A stretch of DNA of 64,000 nt, from NCBI RefSeq assembly GCF_024710485.1, contig NZ_JANJUQ010000015.1, positions 15,614-79,613 on the forward strand, in the 5' to 3' direction. How positions within the stretch are numbered: the stretch's first letter is position 1; every line of letters starts with the position of its first letter. The notes below the pieces were generated by a model. The model saw only the letters and a program-made list of their open reading frames with translations. It searched no databases and was not told the DNA's origin. Source of the stretch: Flavobacterium sp. Lineage in GTDB: Bacteria; Bacteroidota; Bacteroidia; Flavobacteriales; Flavobacteriaceae. A program made the translations under genes and the position numbers. Positions 9,118-18,406 of the stretch are shown here, piece after piece.

Positions 9118-10374
9118 TTACATTCCGCTGCGGATGGCTTCTACAGGATCTAATTTAGAAGCAGAAATAGCTGGTAAAATTCCGGAAATGAGACCTACGA
9201 TAACGGACAAACTCGTTCCGATAAGTATATTGGAGAAGCTCAGCACAAACTCGAAATCGAGAATATTGGTGAGCAACATGGCTAACAACCAAACAATCAA
9301 CAAACCAATAGCGCCACCAATCAAACAAAGGATAATCGCTTCGAATAAAAACTGGAACAAGATGAATTTATTTTTGGCACCGAGCGATTTTTGAATACCG
9401 ATAAGATTGGTTCTTTCTTTTACAGAAACGAACATAATGTTGGCTATTCCAAAACCGCCGACTAAAAACGAAAAGATGCTGATGATAATACCACCCACTC
9501 TTAAACTGCCCAAAAGTCCGTCAATCATATCGGTCAAACCCGATAGAATGTTGATGAAGAAATTGTCAATATCGCCTTGTTTGACACCTCTGTAATTGCG
9601 TAGTTTCTGAGAAATATCACTTTTCAAAGCAGGAATATCGGTTCCTTTTTCTGGCTTGATTACAATTACGGGCAAAACTTGCTGGTTGTTATCGCCATAA
9701 ATTTTTCTCAAAAAAGTAGCCGGTAAAAATGCAGAAGTATCATCGCCTCCACCTATGTCGATTCCGGAACTTCCTTTCTTTTTAGTGACGCCGATAACGG
9801 TAAACTTCTGACCGTACATTCTAACCGTTTTTCCTATCGGACTAAAACCGTCGAATAAATTTTGGGCAATATCATATCCTAAAACCACCACTTGCTTTCC
9901 GGAATAGGACTCGGCTTCGTTAAAAAAGCGTCCTTCCGAAAACTCCAATCGCTGAATGTCTACAAATTCTGCGGTAACCGCCACCATATTAACGGCTTCG
10001 GAAGTTCTCGATTCAAAAGTGATATTCTGACCCACGGTAAAGTACTGAAAACAGGAGTTCTCCACATTCTTCATCGCTGTTTTCATGTATTGGTATTCTT
10101 CGAAAGTCACATTTGGGAATTGCTCTCTTTTCCAACGCGGCACTTCGGTCGGACCAAAAGACTGACTTGTTAAATAGATAGTGTTTTTATCCAAAGTACT
10201 CAAATCGTTTTGGATCTTTTGGTCTAACGAATCAACTGCTGCTAAAACCGCAATAATGGAAAATATCCCGATGGTAACGCCCAACAAAGAAAGCATGGTT
10301 CGGAGTTTATTGTTTCGCAATGCATTCATGGCAAAAGCAAAACTTTCTTTGAGCAGTCTTAAATAGAGTAGCAT
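9118..10374 (-). CDS. ABC transporter permease, MacB/FtsX family
   Basis: 418 aa. N-terminal TM helix, a large periplasmic MacB-like core, and a C-terminal FtsX-type 3-TM bundle (GIQKSLGAKNKFILFQFLFEAI...). Confidence 0.85.
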   Translation of the reverse strand: MLLYLRLLKESFAFAMNALRNNKLRTMLSLLGVTIGIFSIIAVLAAVDSLDQKIQNDLSTLDKNTIYLTSQSFGPTEVPRWKREQFPNVTFEEYQYMKTAMKNVENSCFQYFTVGQNITFESRTSEAVNMVAVTAEFVDIQRLEFSEGRFFNEAESYSGKQVVVLGYDIAQNLFDGFSPIGKTVRMYGQKFTVIGVTKKKGSSGIDIGGGDDTSAFLPATFLRKIYGDNNQQVLPVIVIKPEKGTDIPALKSDISQKLRNYRGVKQGDIDNFFINILSGLTDMIDGLLGSLRVGGIIISIFSFLVGGFGIANIMFVSVKERTNLIGIQKSLGAKNKFILFQFLFEAIILCLIGGAIGLLIVWLLAMLLTNILDFEFVLSFSNILIGTSLSVIVGLISGILPAISASKLDPVEAIRSGM

Positions 10375-10482
10375 AGAGTTGATTTATCTAATGGTAAATT
10401 TCCATAAAATTAATGGAAATCCCTATTATTTTTTGTTTCGCTTTATTTGTGTCAAAAAACAACAGATTGTTACACCTCAAAC

Positions 10483-10513
10483 TTGAATATTGCTTTTAAA
10501 AAAACTACTTTTG
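10483..10513 (+). promoter_or_regulatory. candidate Bacteroidota sigma-A promoter for purH
   Basis: TTG (10483-10485), 20 nt spacer, TACTTTTG (10506-10513). This matches the -33 TTG / -7 TAnnTTTG consensus and lies 45 nt upstream of ATG 10559. Confidence 0.45.
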
Positions 10514-10558
10514 CGGTCTTATAAGAAACAACTTTTTTACACACACAACACAACGCAC

Positions 10559-12091
10559 ATGAACACAACAAAAAAAATCCAATCGGCCTTAATCTCAGTC
10601 TTTTCCAAAGAAGGTATGGAGCCGATTGTTCGCAAACTACACGAACAAAACGTCACTATTTATTCTACCGGGGGAACGGAAGAATTTATCAACCAATTGG
10701 GTATTCCTGTAGTTCCGGTGGAAGACGTCACCTCCTATCCTTCTATCTTAGGCGGTCGCGTAAAAACCTTACATCCTAAAGTATTTGGCGGTATTTTGAA
10801 CCGTCAGGACAATGAAAGTGATGCCCAACAAATGATTGAATACCAAATTCCTCAAATTGATTTGGTGATAGTTGACTTATATCCCTTCGAAAAAACAGTA
10901 GCTTCCGGAGCAAGTGAAGCTGAAATTATAGAAAAAATAGACATCGGCGGGATTTCATTGATTCGCGCTGCTGCCAAAAATTTTAAAGACACTGTTATTG
11001 TGGCTTCGGTAAATGAGTACGGATTTTTATTCGATTTGTTAACCACACAAAACGGCGCTACTACTTTGGAGCAAAGACGAACCTTAGCCACTAAAGCATT
11101 CAATGTTTCTTCGCACTACGATTCAGCCATATTCAATTATTTCAATCAAAACAACGAAGAAGTCGTGTTGAAAATCAGTGAGCAAAAAGGACAAGTGTTG
11201 CGTTACGGAGAAAATCCGCACCAAAAAGGATTTTTCTTTGGCGATTTCGACGCTATGTTTACCAAATTACACGGCAAAGAATTGTCATACAACAATTTGT
11301 TAGATGTAGATGCCGCGGTGAATCTGATTTTAGAATTCAAAGAAAACGAACCGACTTTCGCTATACTAAAGCACAACAATGCTTGCGGTTTGGCCACGAG
11401 AAGCACCATGAAAGAAGCGTATTTAGCGGCTTTAGCAGGCGATCCGACTTCAGCTTTTGGTGGTGTATTGATTGCCAATGGCAATATAGACGAGGCTACC
11501 GCCAACGAAATCAACAGTTTGTTCTGTGAAGTAGTGATTGCGCAAAGTTTTGACGAGAAAGCCATCGCCATCCTTTCTGAAAAGAAAAACAGAATTATTT
11601 TGGTTTTAAAAGAAACGGCTTTGCCGCAAACTAACGTCAGAACTTGTTTGAACGGCGTTTTAGTACAAGAAAGAAATAATATTACGGACAATAAATCGCA
11701 CCTAACTTACGTTACTAATACTAAGCCGACCGAACAAGAAATTGAAGATTTGCTTTTTGCTTCAAAAATTTGCAAAAATACCAAGTCGAATACAATAGTG
11801 TTAGCAAAAAACAGTACATTAGTAGCATCGGGCACAGGACAAACTTCCAGAGTTGACGCTTTGAAACAAGCCATTGAAAAAGCCAACACTTTCGGATTTG
11901 ATTTGAACGGAGCAGTAATGGCCAGTGATGCTTTTTTCCCGTTTCCGGATTGTGTAGAAATCGCTCACAACGCAGGAATCACGGCAGTTATTCAACCCGG
12001 AGGTTCTATAAAAGACGAGTTGAGCATTAATTTTTGCAACGAAAATAAAGTTGCAATGGTATTTACAGGAACACGTCATTTTAAACATTAA
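10559..12091 (+). CDS. purH: bifunctional AICAR formyltransferase / IMP cyclohydrolase
   Basis: MGS-like N-domain (ALISVFSKEG...IYSTGGT, GGRVKTLHP, DLVIVDLYPF) plus the AICARFT domain (LRYGENPHQ, LKHNNACG, GTGQTSRVD, VIQPGGS). The start is placed at the internal ATG 10559. Confidence 0.95.
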   Translation: MNTTKKIQSALISVFSKEGMEPIVRKLHEQNVTIYSTGGTEEFINQLGIPVVPVEDVTSYPSILGGRVKTLHPKVFGGILNRQDNESDAQQMIEYQIPQIDLVIVDLYPFEKTVASGASEAEIIEKIDIGGISLIRAAAKNFKDTVIVASVNEYGFLFDLLTTQNGATTLEQRRTLATKAFNVSSHYDSAIFNYFNQNNEEVVLKISEQKGQVLRYGENPHQKGFFFGDFDAMFTKLHGKELSYNNLLDVDAAVNLILEFKENEPTFAILKHNNACGLATRSTMKEAYLAALAGDPTSAFGGVLIANGNIDEATANEINSLFCEVVIAQSFDEKAIAILSEKKNRIILVLKETALPQTNVRTCLNGVLVQERNNITDNKSHLTYVTNTKPTEQEIEDLLFASKICKNTKSNTIVLAKNSTLVASGTGQTSRVDALKQAIEKANTFGFDLNGAVMASDAFFPFPDCVEIAHNAGITAVIQPGGSIKDELSINFCNENKVAMVFTGTRHFKH

Positions 12092-12148
12092 TTTGTTTAA
12101 CTTTGTGCGTTAAAATTTTATATAAACATTTAAACCCTTAAAAGACTT

Positions 12149-13177
12149 ATGGGATTTTTTGATTTCATGACCGAGGATATTGCTATTGACCTTGGTACAG
12201 CCAATACGCTGATTATTCATAACGACAAAGTTGTAATTGACAGTCCGTCAATTGTAGCACGCGATCGAATATCAGGTAAAATCATTGCGGTTGGAAAAGA
12301 AGCCAATATGATGCAAGGTAAAACCCATGAAAACATCAAAACCATACGTCCGTTGAAAGATGGGGTTATCGCTGATTTCGACGCTTCGGAAAAAATGATC
12401 AGTATGTTTATCAAAAGCATACCGGCCCTGAAGAAAAAAATGTTTACGCCGGCTTTGCGCATGGTGGTTTGTATTCCTTCCGGAATTACAGAAGTAGAAA
12501 TGCGCGCAGTAAAGGAATCGTGTGAACGCGTAAACGGTAAAGAAGTTTATTTGATTCACGAACCTATGGCAGCAGCTATCGGTATCGGTATCGACATTAT
12601 GCAGCCGAAAGGAAATATGATTGTAGATATTGGTGGTGGAACTACAGAAATTGCGGTAATTGCTTTGGGCGGTATTGTTTGTGACAAATCGGTTAAAATT
12701 GCCGGTGACGTTTTCACTAACGATATTGTGTACTACATGAGAACCCAACACAATTTATTTGTAGGAGAAAGTACTGCTGAGAAAATCAAAATTACTATCG
12801 GAGCAGCTACTGACGATTTAGAAACACCACCGGATGATATGTCGGTACAAGGTCGTGACTTGTTAACCGGAAAACCGAAACAAGTTGAAGTATCGTTCAG
12901 AGAAATCGCCAAAGCTTTAGATAAATCTATCCAACGTATCGAAGATGCGATTATGGAAACCTTATCTCAAACACCGCCGGAATTAGCGGCCGATATTTAC
13001 AATACCGGTATTTACTTAGCCGGTGGAGGTTCGATGTTAAGAGGTTTGGACAAGCGTATTTCTCAAAAAACAGATTTACCGGTTTATATTGCCGAAGATC
13101 CTTTAAGAGCCGTAGTTCGCGGTACCGGAATGGCACTTAAAAACATCCCGAAATTCAGAAGCATACTTATTAAATAG
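12149..13177 (+). CDS. mreB: rod shape-determining actin homologue MreB
   Basis: IAIDLGTANTLI, VVCIPSGITEVEMRAV, EPMAAAIG, DIGGGTTEIAVI, IYLAGGGSMLRGLD. Confidence 0.97.
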   Translation: MGFFDFMTEDIAIDLGTANTLIIHNDKVVIDSPSIVARDRISGKIIAVGKEANMMQGKTHENIKTIRPLKDGVIADFDASEKMISMFIKSIPALKKKMFTPALRMVVCIPSGITEVEMRAVKESCERVNGKEVYLIHEPMAAAIGIGIDIMQPKGNMIVDIGGGTTEIAVIALGGIVCDKSVKIAGDVFTNDIVYYMRTQHNLFVGESTAEKIKITIGAATDDLETPPDDMSVQGRDLLTGKPKQVEVSFREIAKALDKSIQRIEDAIMETLSQTPPELAADIYNTGIYLAGGGSMLRGLDKRISQKTDLPVYIAEDPLRAVVRGTGMALKNIPKFRSILIK

Positions 13178-13193
13178 TATCGGTTACTAACCG

Positions 13194-13228
13194 AATACTC
13201 AAGACTCAATACTGAACACTGAAGCCTA
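13194..13228. repeat. tandem heptamer array (AAnACTS x4 plus a degenerate unit)
   Basis: AATACTC AAGACTC AATACTG AACACTG AAGCCTA, then GAAAAAG and the mreC ATG at 13236. Confidence 0.75.
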
Positions 13229-13235
13229 GAAAAAG

Positions 13236-14063
13236 ATGCAGCAAATAGTTAATTTTATTTTAAAAAACAGTAATCGCTTACTGTTTTTGCTGCTTTTGGT
13301 CATATCGCTTTCACTAACTATTCAGTCGCATTCTTATCACAAAAGCAAAATCATCAGTTCGGCAAATTTCTTTACCGGCGGTATTTATGAAAGGGTGAAC
13401 AACATAAACGAGTATTTCAATCTGAAATCGCAAAACGAAGAATTGGCTTTAGAAAACGCCCGATTAAAATCGTTGTTATTCAACCAAAAAGACACTACCA
13501 AATTACCGGAAGTTGACTCCATCAAAGGCGTTAAAAAAACGGACATCATTGTATCAAAAGTCATCCATAATTCTTACAGTGTTTTCGAAAATTACCTGAC
13601 CATTAACAACGGTTCCGCTTCGGGCATCAAGCGCAATATGGGTGTCATCAACAGTGCCGGAATTGTGGGTATAGTTGATAAAACCTCGAAAAATTACGCT
13701 ACTATCATCAGTATACTGAATGTAAAATCGCAAATCAATGCCAAACTCAAAAAATCGAATCACTTCGGATCTTTAGTTTGGAACGGGAAAAGTACCGGAT
13801 TTGTGCAATTAATTGACGTTCCGCGATTGGCTAGTGTTAGAAAAGGTGACACTATTGTAACCGGTGGACAATCTATTATTTTCCCGGAGAACATTGGCAT
13901 TGGCACCATTGACAAAGTGTATATTGAAGAAGACACCAACTTTTATGTAATTCAAGTTAAACTATTTAACGACATGACAAATCTCGGTCATGTTTACATC
14001 ATTAAAAATAAGGATGCCGAAGAAATAACCAATTTAGAAAAACAAACCAAAAAAGATGAATAG
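13236..14063 (+). CDS. mreC: rod shape-determining protein MreC
   Basis: N-terminal TM helix, coiled-coil (LKSQNEELALENARLKSLL), then a beta-rich domain with GDTIVTGG. Its position between mreB and mreD supports the call. Confidence 0.9.
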   Translation: MQQIVNFILKNSNRLLFLLLLVISLSLTIQSHSYHKSKIISSANFFTGGIYERVNNINEYFNLKSQNEELALENARLKSLLFNQKDTTKLPEVDSIKGVKKTDIIVSKVIHNSYSVFENYLTINNGSASGIKRNMGVINSAGIVGIVDKTSKNYATIISILNVKSQINAKLKKSNHFGSLVWNGKSTGFVQLIDVPRLASVRKGDTIVTGGQSIIFPENIGIGTIDKVYIEEDTNFYVIQVKLFNDMTNLGHVYIIKNKDAEEITNLEKQTKKDE

Positions 14064-14562
14064 TGCTTTACTTGGAAATATCGCCCGTTTCATCTTGTTG
14101 CTTTTGGCACAGGTACTGATTTTTAACCGAATTGATTTATTCGGGTTTATCAATCCGTTCCCATATATTTTATTCATCATCTTGTTCCCGGTAAACGGAA
14201 ATAAAACCGGACTTCTGGCAGCAAGCTTTTTCTTAGGCCTGTTAATGGATATGTTTTGCAATTCGGGCGGTGTTCATGCGGCGGCTTGCATTACTTTAGC
14301 TTATTTCAGACCGGCTATTTTTAAATTCTCTTTCGGTTTGAGTTATGAATACCAAACGGTAAAACTCAACGATGTTATTACACCGGAACGCTTTTCATTT
14401 CTATTGATTGCCGTAGTGTTACATCACTCTATTATGTTTTTACTGGAAGTATTCAAATTGAGTTTCCTTTGGGAAATCTTAATGCGTACTTTTTTGAGTA
14501 CTATCTTTACCCTTATCACTTGTATTATAATAATCTACATTATAAAGCCAAGTAAACGATGA
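14056..14562 (+). CDS. mreD: rod shape-determining protein MreD
   Basis: 168-aa polytopic membrane protein. It overlaps the mreC stop by 8 nt and the mrdA start by 4 nt. Confidence 0.85.
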   Translation: MNSALLGNIARFILLLLAQVLIFNRIDLFGFINPFPYILFIILFPVNGNKTGLLAASFFLGLLMDMFCNSGGVHAAACITLAYFRPAIFKFSFGLSYEYQTVKLNDVITPERFSFLLIAVVLHHSIMFLLEVFKLSFLWEILMRTFLSTIFTLITCIIIIYIIKPSKR

Positions 14563-16499
14563 GAAAAGTTTTATTGCCAACCATCATTTTAGTGGCTACT
14601 GCTTTATTAGTATTGCGTTTGTTTTATTTACAGATTATCGATGATTCACTCAAACTGAAATCAGACAATAATGCCATCAAGATTAAATACGAATACCCTG
14701 AGAGAGGTTACATTTACGACAGAAACGGAAAGCTTCTGGTAGCAAATCAGCCTTCATATGACATCATGGTAATCCCTAAAGATGTCAAGGATATTGATAC
14801 TGTGGAGTTTTGTCAGTTACTCAATATTACCAAAGAAGAATTTCTGAAAAAAATTGCCAAAGCCAAAGTGTACAGTCCGAGACTTCCATCTTTGTTTTTA
14901 GCGCAATTGAACAAAAAAGAATACGCCGCCTTTCAGGAAGTACAACGTAACTTCAGTGGCTTTTACATTCAGAAACGTTCTTTGCGCGATTATCAAGTGA
15001 GTGTTGGCGCCAATATCTTTGGTTTTATCACTCAAGTAAACGAAGGTATCATTGAAAAGAACAAGTATTACAAAAGCGGAGATTTGATTGGTAAACAAGG
15101 TGTTGAAGAAAGTTATGAAGAAATTTTGCGTGGTATTAAAGGTGTAAAATATATCCAGCGCGACAAATACAACCGTGAAATCGGTTCGTACAAGGAAGGT
15201 CGATTTGACACCATTGCCGAACAAGGAAAAGACATCACCTTAACCATCGACGCGGTTTTGCAACAATACGGAGAAGAGTTGATGATTAACAAACGTGGCG
15301 GTATTGTGGCCATCGAACCTAAAACCGGAGAAATATTAGCTTTGGTAACTGCACCATCTTATGACCCGGCAATTTTAGTTGGAAGACAGCGTTCCAAAAA
15401 CTACACCATGTTGTATCACGATTCTATTGCCAAACCCTTATACGACAGAGGATTATTAGCACAATATCCGCCGGGTTCGCCATTTAAAATCTTAACCGGT
15501 TTGATTGCTTTGCAAGAAGGTGCTATCGACTTAAACACTTCTGTCTCCTGTAATCACGGTTTTAGTTTTGCTCCGGGTAGATTCATGCGATGTCACTGTC
15601 ACGGAGGGATTGTTCAATTGCATCGCGGTATTTATGAATCTTGTAATACTTTCTTTTCTACTTCATACATGCGTACTTTGGACAAATTCGGCAATGCTTC
15701 TGTAGGCGTTGATGTTTGGAGTAAGCATTTGAAAACTTTTGGTTTAGGAGAATTTATGGGTTATGATTTACCGACCGGAAGAAAAGGGAATATTCCTAAT
15801 TCTAAAACCTATAAAAAGATTTATCCGGGTTGGCGTTGGAGTAGTAAGACCATTGTATCTAATGCTATTGGGCAAGGAGAAGTTTTGATGACTCCGATTC
15901 AATTGGCCAATATGATGGCCACAGTAGCGAACCGAGGCTATTATTACACACCTCATATCATCAAGAAGATCAAAGGAGAGGTAATCGACAAAAAATTCAG
16001 AACAAAACACGTAACTACGGTAGACAAAGACCACTTCGAAACGATGGTTAGCGGATTGTTTGATGTGTATAATTTTGGTACTGCCAGCAGTTTAAAAGTA
16101 GAAGGCATTGACATTTGCGGTAAAACAGGAACGGCAGAGAACTTTGCTATCATTGAAGGAAAAAGGGTTCAATTAAAAGACCACTCGATTTTCGTAGCTT
16201 TTGCTCCCAAAGACAATCCGAAAATTGCCATTGCCATATTGGTTGAAAACGGCGGTTATGGTGCTACCATTGCCGGACCGATTGCCAGTTTGATGATTGA
16301 AAAATACATTAGGGGAAAAATAACCCGTAAAGATTTAGAAACCAGAATTTTGGCCAGAGACTTAAACCCAGAATACAACCGCTACATTAAAAATCCGGTA
16401 AAAGATACTTTAATCAATGTTAACAAAAACAACAGTCTTCTAAAACCCGCTGCTAAAGACAGCAGTGCGGCCAATAAAAGTGCTGCATCACAAGGATAA
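14559..16499 (+). CDS. mrdA: penicillin-binding protein 2 (elongasome transpeptidase)
   Basis: 646 aa. TM anchor, PBP dimerisation domain, transpeptidase motifs SPFK (SxxK) and KTGTAE. Confidence 0.92.
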   Translation: MRKVLLPTIILVATALLVLRLFYLQIIDDSLKLKSDNNAIKIKYEYPERGYIYDRNGKLLVANQPSYDIMVIPKDVKDIDTVEFCQLLNITKEEFLKKIAKAKVYSPRLPSLFLAQLNKKEYAAFQEVQRNFSGFYIQKRSLRDYQVSVGANIFGFITQVNEGIIEKNKYYKSGDLIGKQGVEESYEEILRGIKGVKYIQRDKYNREIGSYKEGRFDTIAEQGKDITLTIDAVLQQYGEELMINKRGGIVAIEPKTGEILALVTAPSYDPAILVGRQRSKNYTMLYHDSIAKPLYDRGLLAQYPPGSPFKILTGLIALQEGAIDLNTSVSCNHGFSFAPGRFMRCHCHGGIVQLHRGIYESCNTFFSTSYMRTLDKFGNASVGVDVWSKHLKTFGLGEFMGYDLPTGRKGNIPNSKTYKKIYPGWRWSSKTIVSNAIGQGEVLMTPIQLANMMATVANRGYYYTPHIIKKIKGEVIDKKFRTKHVTTVDKDHFETMVSGLFDVYNFGTASSLKVEGIDICGKTGTAENFAIIEGKRVQLKDHSIFVAFAPKDNPKIAIAILVENGGYGATIAGPIASLMIEKYIRGKITRKDLETRILARDLNPEYNRYIKNPVKDTLINVNKNNSLLKPAAKDSSAANKSAASQG

Positions 16500-16508
16500 T
16501 TTCTGCAC

Positions 16509-17771
16509 ATGAAAAATCAGAGTGTTACAAATAATTTAGATTGGATCAGCGTGGTAATTTACCTGGTATTGGTAATATTAGGCTGGTTGAATATTTATTC
16601 CTCTTCTTTGTCTTCCATCGAAGGAGAAACCTCGATTTTTGATTTCAGTCAGATTTACGGAAAACAATTCTTATTCATCTTATTTTCGATTCCGATTATT
16701 TTCATCGTGCTATCTGTCGATGCCAAATTTTACGAAAAATACTCGAGTATCATATTTGCGGTCTCGCTTTTATCTTTAGTCGGGCTTTTTGTCTTTGGTA
16801 AAACCATAGCCGGACAGCGCTGTTGGTACGGCATCGGAAGTTTCACATTGCAACCCTCCGAGTTTGCCAAAGCCGCCACTTCACTAGCCTTAGCTAAATA
16901 TTTAAGTGATGTTCAGGTAAACTTAAAAGATTTTAACAGGCAATTGCAAGCCATGATTATTATCTTTTTACCGGTTTTACTCATTTTACCGCAACCCGAT
17001 CCAGGAAGTGCTTTGATTTACAGTGCTTTTGTATTGGTTTTATATCGAGAAGGATTACCGTCGTGGTATTTATGGACCGGATTTATTGCCATCATTTTAT
17101 TCGTACTGGCTTTGATTCTGAAACCACTGGTAATTATCGGCATAGCTTTAGCCGTCATTTTGTTCATCTATTACCGCAGTCGTATTATCAACAGAAACTG
17201 GATTCTGAGTACTATAGTGCTTGTTGCCATTTCAGGTTTTGTTTTTTCGGTTGATTATGTTTTTGAGAATGTCTTTAAACAACATCACCGCGACCGTTTC
17301 AATATTTTATTGGGGAAAGAAGTCGATATGAAAGGAGTAGGATACAACACTAACCAATCGGAAATTGCCATTGGCTCCGGTGGTTGGTTTGGCAAAGGCT
17401 ATTTGGAAGGCACCCAAACCAAAGGCGGATTCGTGCCCGAACAACATACCGATTATATTTTTACCACTGTGGGTGAAGAATGGGGATTTGTAGGCTCCCT
17501 CTTTGTTATTGCTTTATTTGTTATCTTAATCACAAGAGTTATCTATTTGGCTGAACGACAAAAAACGAAATTCAGCAGGGTTTACGGCTATTGTGTTGCC
17601 TCTATTTTATTTATTCATTTCTTTGTGAATATTGCCATGGTTGTAGGTGTATTTCCAACCATAGGTGTACCGTTACCCTTCTTCTCCTATGGGGGTTCCG
17701 GTTTGTGGGGCTTTACTATTTTGCTTTTTATTTTCTTAAAAATGGATGCTAATAAAGTGAATGAATGGTAA
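16509..17771 (+). CDS. rodA: SEDS-family peptidoglycan polymerase RodA
   Basis: 420-aa FtsW/RodA/SpoVE polytopic protein (LQPSEFAK, PEQHTDYIFT, PLPFFSYGGS) directly after mrdA. Confidence 0.92.
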   Translation: MKNQSVTNNLDWISVVIYLVLVILGWLNIYSSSLSSIEGETSIFDFSQIYGKQFLFILFSIPIIFIVLSVDAKFYEKYSSIIFAVSLLSLVGLFVFGKTIAGQRCWYGIGSFTLQPSEFAKAATSLALAKYLSDVQVNLKDFNRQLQAMIIIFLPVLLILPQPDPGSALIYSAFVLVLYREGLPSWYLWTGFIAIILFVLALILKPLVIIGIALAVILFIYYRSRIINRNWILSTIVLVAISGFVFSVDYVFENVFKQHHRDRFNILLGKEVDMKGVGYNTNQSEIAIGSGGWFGKGYLEGTQTKGGFVPEQHTDYIFTTVGEEWGFVGSLFVIALFVILITRVIYLAERQKTKFSRVYGYCVASILFIHFFVNIAMVVGVFPTIGVPLPFFSYGGSGLWGFTILLFIFLKMDANKVNEW

Positions 17772-17819
17772 ATGCTGAATAGTTTTTGTAAATTTGGGAT
17801 TACACTAAATCATCTCATT

Positions 17820-18359
17820 ATGAAAACTACATTGCCCTTAACATTAATCTTGCTTTTAAGCGGTTTCTCCATGTCTGCTCAAGTGGTGAAAGATACTGTT
17901 TCCAAACCTGTGGATTCCATTGCATTGAAACAAGTTGTATTACCCAAAGTAACCATTGACAAAGCACTGACTCCCGAAGAAGCTGCAGCCATCAAAAAAA
18001 TGGCAAATCAGAAACAAAAGGAGGCTGAGAAAATGAAAATCACAGCAGAGAGAGATGTTAAAAAACTGGAAAAAGAACAGCGCAAACTGGAAAAAGAACA
18101 AAAGCGTTTTGAAAAGGAACAAAAGAAAATCGCTTCTGCCGAAAAATCATTGATTAAATCTAAAGAGAGGTTAATCAAAGAGAAAAAGCAGCTAGAGAAA
18201 ATGCAAGCCAAACTTGAAAAAAACAAACGAAAAGGTAAAATTTCCGAAATTGATATTGAGAAAGAAAACATCAAAATCAGTAAACAACAAATTAAAATAA
18301 AAGAAATTCAGGAAGATATTGACAAAGCCGAAAAGAAAGTCAACAAACTCAGAAACTAA
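17820..18359 (+). CDS. secreted lysine/glutamate-rich coiled-coil protein, function unknown
   Basis: Signal peptide MKTTLPLTLILLLSGFSMSAQ, then about 140 aa of KLEKEQ(R/K)-type heptads. It lies 48 nt after rodA on the same strand, and a strong terminator follows. Confidence 0.6.
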   Translation: MKTTLPLTLILLLSGFSMSAQVVKDTVSKPVDSIALKQVVLPKVTIDKALTPEEAAAIKKMANQKQKEAEKMKITAERDVKKLEKEQRKLEKEQKRFEKEQKKIASAEKSLIKSKERLIKEKKQLEKMQAKLEKNKRKGKISEIDIEKENIKISKQQIKIKEIQEDIDKAEKKVNKLRN

Positions 18360-18360
18360 A

Positions 18361-18386
18361 AAAAGCCACCCAATTGGGTGGCTTTT
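18361..18386. terminator. bidirectional rho-independent terminator
   Basis: Perfect 26-nt palindrome AAAAGCCACCCAATTGGGTGGCTTTT between convergent genes. Confidence 0.85.
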
Positions 18387-18406
18387 TGTTATGGACTTGA
18401 AATCCA

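Noticed and set aside
12272-12751. Long antisense ORFs inside well-supported genes: 159 aa opposite mreB, 162 aa opposite purH (11203-11691), 161 aa opposite the AsmA-family gene (49334-49819), and 141 aa opposite susC (59436-59861).
   Set aside because: Each lies entirely within a gene whose product carries unmistakable family motifs. Their translations are low-complexity or compositionally odd (Cys/His/Phe-rich) and have no recognisable motifs, signal sequences or own promoter/terminator. They are typical shadow ORFs of AT-rich genomes.
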